This document shows, in pieces, positions 48,865 through 59,058 of a stretch of DNA of 64,000 nt; position 1 is the first letter of the stretch, and every line of letters starts with the position of its first letter. Under the pieces are notes generated by a model. That model was not told the DNA's origin. It saw only the letters and a program-made list of their open reading frames with translations, and did not search any database. The DNA is from Rickettsiales bacterium. Lineage in GTDB: Bacteria; Pseudomonadota; Alphaproteobacteria; Rickettsiales; SXRF01. Location: assembly GCA_041396965.1 (NCBI GenBank), contig JAWKXN010000001.1, positions 1,897,679 to 1,961,678 on the forward strand. Direction: 5' to 3'. The position numbers and the translations under genes are program-made.

Positions 48865-50564
48865 GCTTCTACCTTATCACTTGCCATTTGAGGCTTATGT
48901 TTACTCGCATAAGCTGCTATAACATCACAGGCAGCACCAAACGCCGCCACTTTGCCATCACGTAAAACTAGAAGCTTATCAACGTGCGAGAGCAAAGCAT
49001 TACGGTGGGTTATAAGCAGAGTAGTTATTTTACGTTCCTTCGCAAATTTTAAGGCACTGGTGAGGGCTGTTATTCCTGCCTCATCAAGATTAGCATCTGG
49101 TTCATCAAGCGTTAGTAAGCACGGATTGCCATAAAATGCTCTTGCTAGACCAACACGCTGCCTCTGACCAGCCGAAAGCATTGCGCCACCATTTCCGATC
49201 TGGGTGTCATAACCATTCTGCAAACGTAAAATAAGTTCATGGGCATTTGCTAGCTGTGCGGAACCAACAACATCTTCCGGTAAAAAATTTTCATTAAAGC
49301 GAGCGATATTTTCTTTTACACTACCAGCAAATAACTCAACATCTTGTGGCAGATAACCAACGGACTTTCCAAATTGCTCTCTTGGCAGAGTTCTTATATC
49401 AGCTCCGTCAAAGCGGATTACTCCTTCACTTTGCTCATATATACCCATAAGCAGGCGGGCAAGTGTTGATTTACCGGATCCGCTCGCGCCAATGATGGCA
49501 AGACTTTCTCCAGCATCCAGTGAAAAACTTATATTTTTAAGAATCGCTTCTTCTCTATTTTCTACTAAGTAAGATAAATTCTCAACAGCTAGCGTACCTT
49601 CTGGTTTAGGAAGTTCCATATTCTCATCATTTTTTCCTTCCTCAGAAAATACTATCTTAAGGCGTTTATAAGCTGCTCTTACATCAGTAAATGAACGCCA
49701 ACTGGCAATCGCCGCCTCAAACGGTGCTAGTGCGCGACTAGCTAAAATAGAAGCGGCAATAATCGCCCCAACCGTAACATGACCATAAATAGCAAGCCAT
49801 GCTGACACGCAAGTTACCATTACCTGTAACGCTAGCCTGATAAACTTTGTTCCGCCCTGTATAACAGAGGAACGGCTTCCCGCTTGCATTTGAAGCTGCG
49901 ATATATTTTTCTGCAATTTACGCCAGCGTGATGATAAAGCTGCTTCCATCGCCATCGCTTTTGTAACTTCAGCATTACGGGTAGCAAGTTCTAACTCCTG
50001 CATTGCCATTACTTGCCTAGCCCCTGCCTCACCAGCAGGGCGGCGCATAGCTGCTTCATTTAGCCAGCCAAGTATAAGTAAAATAATAACACCAGCAACT
50101 ACCAAACTGCCTAAAATAGGGTGTACGATAAATAAAGCGATTATATAAAGAACTGACCATGGTGTATCAACCATAGTAACCAAGCCTTGCCCACCAATGA
50201 ACTGCTTGATTAATGAAGCGTCACGTAAATGTTGCGCGCCACTGCCACCTGACTTCCCCTGCACCAACACTAAAGGTAGTACAAACTCACTGATGGCCTC
50301 ATGTAGCCAGTCGGCAACTCTTTGTAAAGTTACACTACGAAGAGTTTGTAAAAGCCCAGCTGCCGCGAACATGGCAAGCATTATCAGGGTAAGCCATAGC
50401 AAAGTCTCAACACTGCCTGTACTCATCACCCTATCTAAAACCTGCAACGAATATATTGAGATAGGTAGTATAAGCAGGTTAATAAAAAAGCTACTTATCC
50501 CAACTGATAACCATACGGGTCTTAGTGAACGTAATATCTTATCTAGGCGGGTAAATTTAGACAT
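48861..50564 (-). CDS. Type I secretion ABC transporter (PrtD/AprD type, no C39 domain)
   Basis: 567 aa. A six-TM domain followed by GASGSGKST, LSAGQRQR and LLTLDEP. Confidence 0.9.
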   Translation of the reverse strand: MSKFTRLDKILRSLRPVWLSVGISSFFINLLILPISIYSLQVLDRVMSTGSVETLLWLTLIMLAMFAAAGLLQTLRSVTLQRVADWLHEAISEFVLPLVLVQGKSGGSGAQHLRDASLIKQFIGGQGLVTMVDTPWSVLYIIALFIVHPILGSLVVAGVIILLILGWLNEAAMRRPAGEAGARQVMAMQELELATRNAEVTKAMAMEAALSSRWRKLQKNISQLQMQAGSRSSVIQGGTKFIRLALQVMVTCVSAWLAIYGHVTVGAIIAASILASRALAPFEAAIASWRSFTDVRAAYKRLKIVFSEEGKNDENMELPKPEGTLAVENLSYLVENREEAILKNISFSLDAGESLAIIGASGSGKSTLARLLMGIYEQSEGVIRFDGADIRTLPREQFGKSVGYLPQDVELFAGSVKENIARFNENFLPEDVVGSAQLANAHELILRLQNGYDTQIGNGGAMLSAGQRQRVGLARAFYGNPCLLTLDEPDANLDEAGITALTSALKFAKERKITTLLITHRNALLSHVDKLLVLRDGKVAAFGAACDVIAAYASKHKPQMASDKVEA

Positions 50565-50885
50565 TCTTACAGCTAATTATAATTGCATTAATTAATATTT
50601 ATTAGCTATTTATAGAATATTATTAACTTATGTAAAGTAAAAGGTTAAGAGATGATACAAAATCATATTTTGATCCATTCATACGAATTGTACATATTTA
50701 TTATATTTCAGCAAACCATATTATTAGTATCCAACTGTTTTTTAATAATAATTACTCAATACTTACTGTAAAATATCAATAATAAGTTATAACATGGAAA
50801 AATAGTGCAAAATGTAATTTATTAGGATAGGATGATCATAATTATATATTATATGTAACAATAATTTTTTATTAGGCGGTGACGA

Positions 50886-51260
50886 TTGACAGATAGTAAC
50901 ATAAATATTCTAATAGGCAGAAATTTGCGTCTGAGGCGAATAGAGCTTGGATTAAGTCAAGAGGCTGTCGCAAGAGAGATCGGTATTAGCTTTCAGCAGG
51001 TACAAAAATATGAAAAAGGATCTAACGTTATAAACATAAACAGATTGATGGACTTTGCTGAAGTCTTACGGACGGACATAGACTATATTCTGAAGCAGAG
51101 TAAAACAGGGAAGTCTGACAAACATAATGATAGCTATGATAATCCAAATATAACCTCTGAACGTGAGATTCTAGAAATGATAAAAGTATTCAAGCAGATT
51201 AAAAGTCATGAGATACGCAAAAAAATAGTAGATCTAGCACGCACAGTAGTAGAAAAATGA
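50886..51260 (+). CDS. XRE-family HTH transcriptional regulator
   Basis: LRLRRIELGLSQEAVAREIGISFQQVQKYEKG. Divergent from the T1SS operon. TTG start in the track. Confidence 0.7.
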   Translation: MTDSNINILIGRNLRLRRIELGLSQEAVAREIGISFQQVQKYEKGSNVININRLMDFAEVLRTDIDYILKQSKTGKSDKHNDSYDNPNITSEREILEMIKVFKQIKSHEIRKKIVDLARTVVEK

Positions 51261-51264
51261 CTTA

Positions 51265-51603
51265 TCATCCAATATGATTGGAAGAATTTTCATATACTAG
51301 CAGTGTACTCTCATCAATGTTTTCTAAAAACTCTATTGCCTGCTTTCTTGTATTGTCATCCTTTATCAGACAGAATTTCGCAAATGACCTGAACGCATTC
51401 AATATATCGTAATACGTTGTATCATATTCACTATTGATATGTGCGTTATCGCGTTTAACTATTTCCGTAATAGAAGTCTTTATTATATCATGAATACAAG
51501 GCAATTCATTATCCATAGCATCCCGTGCTAGAAACTCTAGGCAATATATAATATTCTCAGATTTTAGTTTATTATTCTGTCTTTGAAAAAGCGTGGTATC
51601 CAT
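51265..51603 (-). CDS. Hypothetical protein downstream of luxI
   Basis: ORF abuts the luxI stop. No motif recognised. Confidence 0.4.
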   Translation of the reverse strand: MDTTLFQRQNNKLKSENIIYCLEFLARDAMDNELPCIHDIIKTSITEIVKRDNAHINSEYDTTYYDILNAFRSFAKFCLIKDDNTRKQAIEFLENIDESTLLVYENSSNHIG

Positions 51604-52302
51604 TTATATAGCCTCCATAATTCTATTTTTACTGGGGTTAATAGTCGTATATAAGTTCCTAATATTAACTGATTCCCTATGTAGAACTTCCTCATCTTCT
51701 ATTAATGAATGATATATCTCAGTTCTATTTTTTATATTATCAAGTATCTCACGATTCACGTTAATCCATCCCGCCACTACTTTTTCACCACTATCAAGAA
51801 TCGTAACCTCACCGATATTGTTTATTGGCCATCCAGAATTAACAAATACAGCTCGCCAAATAAGCGGTGGCATAACTCCAATCATTCCTTTTATATCTAA
51901 GGATAATGCGAACTCTATTTTTGCTTGTAAAATTTCTAATTTAACTCTTTGTCTCATGCTGGCAGATAGTTCACTGTCAATAGCAAATCTTGATGACTCC
52001 CATATACTATCTTCTTCAGGCATATTAATGCGTGTAACCATGCCTGGCCATATATCCTTTATCATATAAGGGCGGTCTGTAGGGGACATTCTTGAGCAGC
52101 CACGAACTATTCCATCGTCATCTTGCCACACAACATAAACAGCAGCCGGAGTATCATAGACATCATATTCCATCTCTTTAAAGACCGGTACATCATAATT
52201 CTGTCTTGCTTTGAATTCTTTATAGCGTAACCTCAGCATTGAAGGCATAACATCGCCATATTTGTGCATATTCTCTATTGTTATTATGCGTGTGTTCATC
52301 AC
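51604..52302 (-). CDS. luxI: LuxI-family acyl-homoserine-lactone synthase
   Basis: RYKEF...EMEYDVYD...RGCSRMSPTDRPYM...WESSRFAID match the conserved LuxI blocks. Confidence 0.8.
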   Translation of the reverse strand: MMNTRIITIENMHKYGDVMPSMLRLRYKEFKARQNYDVPVFKEMEYDVYDTPAAVYVVWQDDDGIVRGCSRMSPTDRPYMIKDIWPGMVTRINMPEEDSIWESSRFAIDSELSASMRQRVKLEILQAKIEFALSLDIKGMIGVMPPLIWRAVFVNSGWPINNIGEVTILDSGEKVVAGWINVNREILDNIKNRTEIYHSLIEDEEVLHRESVNIRNLYTTINPSKNRIMEAI

Positions 52303-52348
52303 AGTCCCTCCATGTTGTTTCGAGGGATGTTAAATATTTTTTGACAAA

Positions 52349-52378
52349 AGTAATGTCGCCCTGTTGGGGGACATTACT
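52349..52378 (-). terminator. 9-bp perfect inverted repeat between luxR and luxI (terminator or operator)
   Basis: AGTAATGTC-N12-GACATTACT overlaps the luxR stop. On the coding strand it is followed by TTTGTCAAAAAATATTT. Confidence 0.35.
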
Positions 52379-53129
52379 CAGACAAAATTTTATGATTATG
52401 ACATAGGTCAGGTGTTATCAGACCAAGAGAAATAGCTTTTACTACAGCCATTTGTATAGAGCTAACCTGCAGTTTTATAAAAATACGTTCTATATATGTT
52501 TTGACAGTTTCATCACTTATGTTCAATATATCAGCGATAACTCCTCTACTTTTACCAGATGCTGCCCAGTTCATGACCTCTTTTTCTCTTTTTGATAATT
52601 GTATTATCGGAGAAGATTTTTCTTCCATGTTACGATATAAAACATGAAATTGTGTGCATAAACTGTAGACAAGGCTAACCGTATTTCTATCTAAATCAAC
52701 TTGTCCAGAACTGCTGGCTACTCCCATCCCTACTATTTCACCGTACGCTCCATGTAACGATATACCAATTCCATCGAGAAGTTTTGCCTCTCTAGCTTCC
52801 TCCATTAGAACGTGCTCGTCTTTGTCCAAACCGTTTTTGAGTTCTGGTAATTTATTCCATAAAAATGGACCACTGGTTTGCTTAATAACTTTAATTACAG
52901 GATCCACCTCAAAATAGTCTTTTGAATAATAATACTTCATCCAATCATCTGGATAGTTTCTTAAAATTCCATGACCTTTTTTTAATTGTAGGCTCGGATG
53001 GTCTGTAATTAAAGAGTAAACTACTCTATCAAACCCTAGTTCTTTTAGGTTTTTTTCAAGTATGTTAAAGGCGTCTTCCACATTAACAGCCTTATTCATT
53101 TCCGATATAAATTTAATGAAATCTATCAT
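52374..53129 (-). CDS. luxR: LuxR-family autoinducer-responsive regulator
   Basis: N-terminal autoinducer-binding-like domain. C-terminal HTH LSKREKEVMNWAASGKSRGVIADILNISDETVKTYIERIFIKL. Confidence 0.85.
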   Translation of the reverse strand: MIDFIKFISEMNKAVNVEDAFNILEKNLKELGFDRVVYSLITDHPSLQLKKGHGILRNYPDDWMKYYYSKDYFEVDPVIKVIKQTSGPFLWNKLPELKNGLDKDEHVLMEEAREAKLLDGIGISLHGAYGEIVGMGVASSSGQVDLDRNTVSLVYSLCTQFHVLYRNMEEKSSPIIQLSKREKEVMNWAASGKSRGVIADILNISDETVKTYIERIFIKLQVSSIQMAVVKAISLGLITPDLCHNHKILSE

Positions 53130-53202
53130 TAATCATAAAAACAACTTACGGTTTATATATTCCTATTTTTTACATCTTTAGTATTAATAAATCAATATTA
53201 AG

Positions 53203-53424
53203 TTAAAAATTATCGTTTGATACGTTAATAATCTGCTTAGTAACAAACTTATTCTCTTTTAACCAACCAATTAATTTTTCTCCAGATTCCTTACTATCTA
53301 CTTCTATAATAGGCTCTATTACACCGGTATGGACTGATTCAACAAAAACAAAATAACCAACATTATAATAACTACAGTAATATTTTTTTCTATTTTGTTT
53401 TGACATATAAATAACACTAGCCAC
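53203..53424 (-). CDS. Hypothetical small protein
   Basis: ORF only. Confidence 0.25.
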   Translation of the reverse strand: MASVIYMSKQNRKKYYCSYYNVGYFVFVESVHTGVIEPIIEVDSKESGEKLIGWLKENKFVTKQIINVSNDNF

Positions 53425-53617
53425 TTTTCTTCTCTTAGGGATAAAATTTACGGTATTTTCTTACACAATCAATATACCATTAATTGCTAGATTCTAATTC
53501 AAAACTAAAATTATTGGAATAATTTTCATTTTATTTCCATAGTCGTGCTAATATTATACATTGGTACAAGATAAATATACTATATGTTTTGAGTTATAGC
53601 TTTCCTTACGCTCCACC

Positions 53618-53824
53618 CTACAACAGGAAATCGCCTGTTTCTAGCGCATGCAACCCAGCTAGTTGTATCTCGAAGTCGGCGAGTCCGTTAGCGTCGGAGT
53701 CTATAGCGATTATTGTGTTACCGCCTAGTTGTGAGTAGTTAACTTCGTTAGCTGTGGCGGAGAAGCTATTTGTTCCCATGAATATGAAGTCACCGGTGAG
53801 GTCTGATATATCTATTAGGTCTGG
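53618..53824 (-). pseudogene. Remnant of the last ~68 codons of a paralogous RTX toxin (T1SS signal region)
   Basis: The reverse complement translates as IDISDLTGDFIFMGTNSFSATANEVNYSQLGGNTIIAIDSDANGLADFEIQLAGLHALETGDFLL*. This is near-identical to the C-terminus of 16054..23694. Confidence 0.85.
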
Positions 53825-53830
53825 TTAACT

Positions 53831-54089
53831 TTAGAGAGGGTTTTTTCTTAAACTGGTGAGTAGCATATCATAGATATTCTGCTTACGCGAGTTGAATCTA
53901 AATTGACACTCGGTGAGATGGAGGCGCAGTTTTGCATAAATTACCTTGCAACTGCGGTGCGAAATGCCAGTCAGTTTGGATGCCTCCAGTTGCATTCAAA
54001 TCAAGTGCAAAACACCTGAGTAAATGACGAAATTTACCCTCCGTAATATGCGAACGGCGATAATACTTGTTTTTGCCAGCTTTTCTCAT
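53831..54089 (-). pseudogene. Internally deleted, frameshifted IS1595-family transposase remnant
   Basis: N-terminal YYRRSHITEGKFRHLLRCFALDLNAT. After a frameshift: SKLTGISHRSCKVIYAKLR...ECQFRFNSRKQNIYDMLLTSLRKNPL* (conserved family C-terminus). The catalytic core is missing. Confidence 0.6.
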
Positions 54090-54189
54090 GCCTTAGCTAC
54101 TATCAGAATTAGCTAAAGTTCGCTAGAACCTAAATAATATAGGAAGTGACCATATCCAGTGCCTTTTTAGTACGTTCAGTATCTCCTTA

Positions 54190-54240
54190 ATCTCAACCCA
54201 ACTTAGCATAAATATTTAAGCCAATGTAATTGTCGTTGGC
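54190..54240 (-). repeat. ANDNY cap element, short form
   Basis: The reverse complement gccaacgacaattacattggcttaaatatttatgctaagttgggttgagat matches 9728..9779. Confidence 0.8.
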
Positions 54241-56268
54241 TGACACCCTATCGCCCGCTTCGGGATCTGTGATGGTATCTAGCCCCTCGCCTTTATTTAC
54301 AACGAACCGGTCATCGCCATCATCAGATACTATGGTGTCATTGCCACCATCACCGAAAATAACATCATCATCCGCACCGCCAGAGATAAAGTCATCACCA
54401 TCACCGCCCGATATATGGTCACTACCAACATCACCCACCAGCGTATCATTACCCGCTTTACCTTCCAGATAATCAGAGCCACTACCGCTGAATATAGAGT
54501 CATCCGCATCTGTCCCCACAAGAACGTCTTGCCCAGTATTACCCAGAATAGTGGTGATACCTTGTGAGACAATAGTTGAGCCATTAGCGTTCACCGCCAC
54601 CAATGCAGGTATAGTTCCGCCATTGCCATCATCTATTTGCTGAACTTGATAAATGCTGTTAAGAACCAAATTCGGATCGCCAAACTCACCATCGTAGAAC
54701 TTCTTGCTACCAAAGAGTGAACCAAGAATTTTACCAGCAACAAGGGCGACAACAGCTGCTGCAACAATCGCAACAGGCCCTCCAGCGGCGGATGAGCCAA
54801 TTATCGCTGTTGCAATTGCATCACCGGCAATAACAGAACCAGCGGCTATGCCAACTTGCGCCCCTAAATTTAACCAATCACCACTATCAAAACCATTACT
54901 GTTTAGTAGCCCGCTTACGGCGGTAGTAATTGCCGCTACTGTGGCATTGGCATCTGTTACAGAATTAGGGAATATTTCTTTTGCGTAACGTGCGGCAACA
55001 ACGCCTGAAATAGTAGTTATCCCAGCATTGATATATTGCTGACTATTCCAGCCATCAGAATGTAAAGCGAAGTCCACAGCCATGCGTGAAAGCGCGGTTG
55101 CGAGATCGCCAGATAGAGTTTCCACCAGACCTGCGTCCACCCCTAATTCTTGCAATGAGTCCTGTATAACAGCAGAAGCATCATTTACGGTAACGATATT
55201 ACCAATTTGATCGGCAAGGATACGCTCACCAAAAAATTGAGCGAGGCTGATAAAAGCATCATCCGCACTTAGATTGCCATCAACCAAATTCTGCATATTA
55301 GCACCCAGCCATTGCGCGAATATAAGTTGCGCGCCTTCACCATTAGTGAACCATTGGGTTGCCTCATCCACCTGCGTGGATATAAAATTGGCTGTGGATG
55401 TGGCGAGGTTTTCTACAGAATCTATTACTTCATTAAAATAGTAAGAATCGTTAGCGACATTGATAATTTTGTTGTCATCCACAAGACTAATCGCATAGCC
55501 GCTATTGTAATCTTCTAAAATATCAATTCCATCCAGATTGGTAAATGTACCACCAATAGCATCAGAAATCTTAAACACATTCGTACCGCTGATAGATATG
55601 GTATTGGTATCTGTTATTTTGTTGGCACCAAAGCGGCTTTCTAAATAAGCATTCACACTGCCATCAAAATCAAATGATATTTCGTTGGCTAGCCCTTCAA
55701 TACCGTTAAATAAATGTATCCCGTTAGTGTCTGAGGAGCTAGTAAGTTGTATGAAAAATTCTTTAACATCCGTAATTACGGTCGTTCCAAATGACAGCCT
55801 CATATATATTTCAACTGGAGTGTCCAAGCCTATCGCCCCGTCAGAAAAATAATCCAATATAGTGCCACCAATGCCAGTGGCTTCTAATACATCCTGTGCA
55901 AAATCAACACAATTGTGGGCAAGAAACACATAATTTTCACGATCATCAACCAAACCTTTTGGGGGTATGATAGCATAACCATGAGCTTCATCCATTGCGG
56001 CGATATATTGAGCTTCTGTTAATTCTATCGGAATAGACTGGACATGCTCATAACCTTGATTATCAATATGCTGAGTAAAAGCAGCTTCATCATGTATAGA
56101 TTCATCACTATATAACGAGCCTATTCCATGATCTTCCGGCCATTTCCCACGATACACACTACTTGATGAGCCATCATTAATAGCTTTAAGTTCTACAAAA
56201 GTATGCCCGACATTTGGAAAACCTCCATTATCCGTAACGTGAAATATAAGCTGATAGGTTGTAGACAT
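54193..56268 (-). CDS. Truncated RTX toxin module: papain-like (His...Cys, PPPDE/LRAT-like) N-terminal domain + Gly/Ala-rich hydrophobic region + RTX repeats, ANDNY-capped
   Basis: VGHTFVEL ... YVFLAHNCVDFAQ. GIAAGSVIAGDAIATAIIGSSAAGGPVAIVAAAVVALVAG. GSGSDYLEGKAGNDTLVGDVGSDHISGGDGDD. It ends RVS-ANDNYIGLNIYAKLG* with no secretion signal. Confidence 0.6.
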   Translation of the reverse strand: MSTTYQLIFHVTDNGGFPNVGHTFVELKAINDGSSSSVYRGKWPEDHGIGSLYSDESIHDEAAFTQHIDNQGYEHVQSIPIELTEAQYIAAMDEAHGYAIIPPKGLVDDRENYVFLAHNCVDFAQDVLEATGIGGTILDYFSDGAIGLDTPVEIYMRLSFGTTVITDVKEFFIQLTSSSDTNGIHLFNGIEGLANEISFDFDGSVNAYLESRFGANKITDTNTISISGTNVFKISDAIGGTFTNLDGIDILEDYNSGYAISLVDDNKIINVANDSYYFNEVIDSVENLATSTANFISTQVDEATQWFTNGEGAQLIFAQWLGANMQNLVDGNLSADDAFISLAQFFGERILADQIGNIVTVNDASAVIQDSLQELGVDAGLVETLSGDLATALSRMAVDFALHSDGWNSQQYINAGITTISGVVAARYAKEIFPNSVTDANATVAAITTAVSGLLNSNGFDSGDWLNLGAQVGIAAGSVIAGDAIATAIIGSSAAGGPVAIVAAAVVALVAGKILGSLFGSKKFYDGEFGDPNLVLNSIYQVQQIDDGNGGTIPALVAVNANGSTIVSQGITTILGNTGQDVLVGTDADDSIFSGSGSDYLEGKAGNDTLVGDVGSDHISGGDGDDFISGGADDDVIFGDGGNDTIVSDDGDDRFVVNKGEGLDTITDPEAGDRVSANDNYIGLNIYAKLG

Positions 56269-56280
56269 TTTTCATTTCCC

Positions 56281-56754
56281 TTATCTATAAGATTTTCTAT
56301 ATTTTTCTTCTCTTTCTTGCCAGATGTGTGTAAGAGAATTTGCTTTATCGATTTCCTCTTTAGTCATATGTTTTTCAAGTGATTTTCTAGTCTTTCTGTA
56401 GCTAATTTTAAAGTTATCAGCTAACAGGAAGTGAGCATACGCTTTAACATAGCTAGTTTTGACACCAAGGCTACTTCTCCATTTAAAGGCTTTTAACAAT
56501 TTTTCTTTTCTCTCATCAGGTAGATTATCATTTGGAGTAAAGCAAACTTCACCACAAAAGACTTCCGCAAGAGCAACGTGAGAATCGCTATTACCCATCT
56601 TTGCTCCCTCAATATATTCAGCTAATTCCTTATCAGCCTTTGCTGAGCCTGTAGAATAGCTGGTATCCATCATTTCCATTAACTCTGCCTCTGAATATCG
56701 CGTGCATGCCGCCAGTAATATTGGCAGCATAAATATATATAAAAATTTTCTCAT
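56281..56754 (-). CDS. Lipoprotein, putative immunity protein
   Basis: Lipobox LLAAC. It sits directly upstream of the toxin module and overlaps the stop of the acyltransferase gene. Confidence 0.45.
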   Translation of the reverse strand: MRKFLYIFMLPILLAACTRYSEAELMEMMDTSYSTGSAKADKELAEYIEGAKMGNSDSHVALAEVFCGEVCFTPNDNLPDERKEKLLKAFKWRSSLGVKTSYVKAYAHFLLADNFKISYRKTRKSLEKHMTKEEIDKANSLTHIWQEREEKYRKSYR

Positions 56755-57254
56755 CCCTCCGCCTTCCTCTCATCTATCACATTCCCCTCACTAGCAAACA
56801 CCATCAGCTTCTTGCAGTTGGTTGCTGGGTTGAAGCGCACGGCGTGGGCTTTGTGGTTTGGGTAGTGTTTTTTCAGGTCGCTGATAATTCTTTTCGCGTG
56901 TCCGAACGGGGCGATAAACTCCATAATGTAGATAATATCACCACTTGCCCATTCTTCTAAAGTAAGCGGCTTGGACTCATTTAAGAATTTATCCTCCACC
57001 TCTTTAGAAAACTTCGCCCATGACACAAAGCCTACAGGTCTGTTACTTGCGTCATGATAAATACGATATTGATTTAACTGCACTGGCGGCAGAACAACTT
57101 CACTAAAATGCTTAATCTTATAATCAGCATGGGCGGAGGAAGCGGTCATAAGAGTTAAAATATCACCAAGCAAACGGCTGCGCTTATCAGGCGGCATAAT
57201 AGCCAGAATATTATTTTTGTTATTAACCATCTGAGGCTTTGCTAAACCAATCAT
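56751..57254 (-). CDS. RTX toxin-activating lysine acyltransferase (HlyC/CyaC family)
   Basis: LPPVQLNQYRIY...RPVGFVSWAKFS...EWASGDIIYIMEFIAPFGH parallels the E. coli HlyC blocks (QANQYVLL...YPVAYCSWANLS...DWTSGDRKWFIDWIAPFG). Confidence 0.8.
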   Translation of the reverse strand: MIGLAKPQMVNNKNNILAIMPPDKRSRLLGDILTLMTASSAHADYKIKHFSEVVLPPVQLNQYRIYHDASNRPVGFVSWAKFSKEVEDKFLNESKPLTLEEWASGDIIYIMEFIAPFGHAKRIISDLKKHYPNHKAHAVRFNPATNCKKLMVFASEGNVIDERKAEG

Positions 57255-57448
57255 AAATATTTTAACTTTTAATGACTAAAAAGAGTTAACAAAAAACTAT
57301 ATCAACCGATGGTTGTCAATGAAAAATTAGTACTATTAGATGGTTTTAATTATACCGCTTGTAACCAATAGCTATTGTAGGAAAAAAATCCTTATGCTAG
57401 AAACAGCCAAAAATGCCCTATATTAAAAGTGCTAAGGACAAGTAACTA

Positions 57449-58996
57449 ATGAAAAAGCTGTTTTTATATTCTCTTCCTATAGTATTTACACTAATTGCAG
57501 TAGTTCTATTAAAAAATGCTTTTCTCAAAGGTGAGGGGTTCCAAAAGCAATCATACGTGACTATGGAAACTCAAAAGTGGGAGTATGTTGAAAAAACTCC
57601 AGAAAACAAAATTTCTGTCCCGACTTCTGGCAATAAAATCACCATAAATGTTTCATCACCTACTAAGCTTATTGATTCTACTATTAGTGGAACGATAATA
57701 TCCGCTTACTCCAAAGACAATAAACTAGTTTTCTCAGCGGGCTTTCCACTAACTTGGAACACCTACTCCGCATCTAGCGCGCTTGGTGAGATTCATATGT
57801 TCGTACGAACCCCTAATATGGATTCAGAATTTATTGCCTTACCTAGAACTATAGAGAGTTTACGTAGTGCATACGTAATAAAGTCAGATGAGAAGCTGTT
57901 TTTATTTGATGCACCTGACGGTGATTATTATCCTCTAAAAGACTCTAAAATTGGCAAATATATTTTTGATAATAATCCCGTTAAAATATCTCCTGAGCCA
58001 TTCAAAAATATAGGTTATCAATACTCTTATGGAGCGGAGAAAAATGGAGACTGGGTAGTAAAGGCGTGTAAATTATCTAAGCCTAATGATTGTAATAAAA
58101 TTGCTACAACACCTAAATCCATAGTCTTTGCCTATGGCGGCAATGAGTTAAATACGGTTGCCGTTACTAATAGAGGCGATGTCTTGTTTCATAATAGGCA
58201 GGGATGGTGTAGAGGAAAAAAGACTTCTGACGGCGGAGTTAAATGTGACAAGCAAGCAAAAGACTTTGATGCTCTTTATAAAACACAATTATATTCTTCT
58301 ATAAGAGCTAAAGATGGAACATTGCTTGGCGAATACCCAACTGGTAGGTTCTGGAAATTGGGGGATGGAATTATAACACCAACACCTCTTAGCCCCTATG
58401 ATGATACGGAGCATAAGAATCGTGAGCTTCAATCTGTTTCAATGTTTTGCGGTGATTTATATGCTGGCTTTTGGCCACAAGGTGAGGTTTGGGAAAAGCC
58501 ATTAGAGAGTAACGGTTGGATAAAAACAAAAAGACTATTCTCACATCCAGTAGTAAAAGATGGAGATGTTCCCTATCTGTCTAATTTAGAATCTGGTAAT
58601 AATGGCAAATATCCTGCCTATTCATTTTTTGGACAGCGCGCGACATCTATGGTTAATTATAAAAACTCTCTATTTATATCTTCTTCAAATTTAGGTGGAT
58701 GGAGTAAAGATATTCCAAAACCATCCTTTATGACAGATTCTCAGGCCAATGAATATGGCAGGATTTATAGCAAAACTGATAGTAACTGTTTAACAACTGT
58801 CATTGACAGTAATGTAAATCTAGTAATCACGATAGATTCAAACTCTATGTCTGTTACCAACAACGGCAAAGAAATCGCTAAAACCAACCTTCATGATTTT
58901 GACATTAAACAGATAGATTACTTTACCATAGGAGATGGAATCTTTGGCAAGATTAGTGATGAAAATATAGATGTTAACTTTTTGAACAATAATTAA
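57449..58996 (+). CDS. Hypothetical exported/anchored protein
   Basis: N-terminal hydrophobic segment. No family recognised. Confidence 0.45.
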   Translation: MKKLFLYSLPIVFTLIAVVLLKNAFLKGEGFQKQSYVTMETQKWEYVEKTPENKISVPTSGNKITINVSSPTKLIDSTISGTIISAYSKDNKLVFSAGFPLTWNTYSASSALGEIHMFVRTPNMDSEFIALPRTIESLRSAYVIKSDEKLFLFDAPDGDYYPLKDSKIGKYIFDNNPVKISPEPFKNIGYQYSYGAEKNGDWVVKACKLSKPNDCNKIATTPKSIVFAYGGNELNTVAVTNRGDVLFHNRQGWCRGKKTSDGGVKCDKQAKDFDALYKTQLYSSIRAKDGTLLGEYPTGRFWKLGDGIITPTPLSPYDDTEHKNRELQSVSMFCGDLYAGFWPQGEVWEKPLESNGWIKTKRLFSHPVVKDGDVPYLSNLESGNNGKYPAYSFFGQRATSMVNYKNSLFISSSNLGGWSKDIPKPSFMTDSQANEYGRIYSKTDSNCLTTVIDSNVNLVITIDSNSMSVTNNGKEIAKTNLHDFDIKQIDYFTIGDGIFGKISDENIDVNFLNNN

Positions 58997-59058
58997 ATAT
59001 AAAGTAATCGTATATAAAATCTTGCTGAGATTATTTCAACTACAAATTATCCGTGTAA

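Noticed and set aside
53898-54089. 63-aa ORF as a functional transposase
   Set aside because: Only the N-terminal ~45 aa and, after a frameshift, the C-terminal ~25 aa of an IS1595-type protein are present. The catalytic region is missing.
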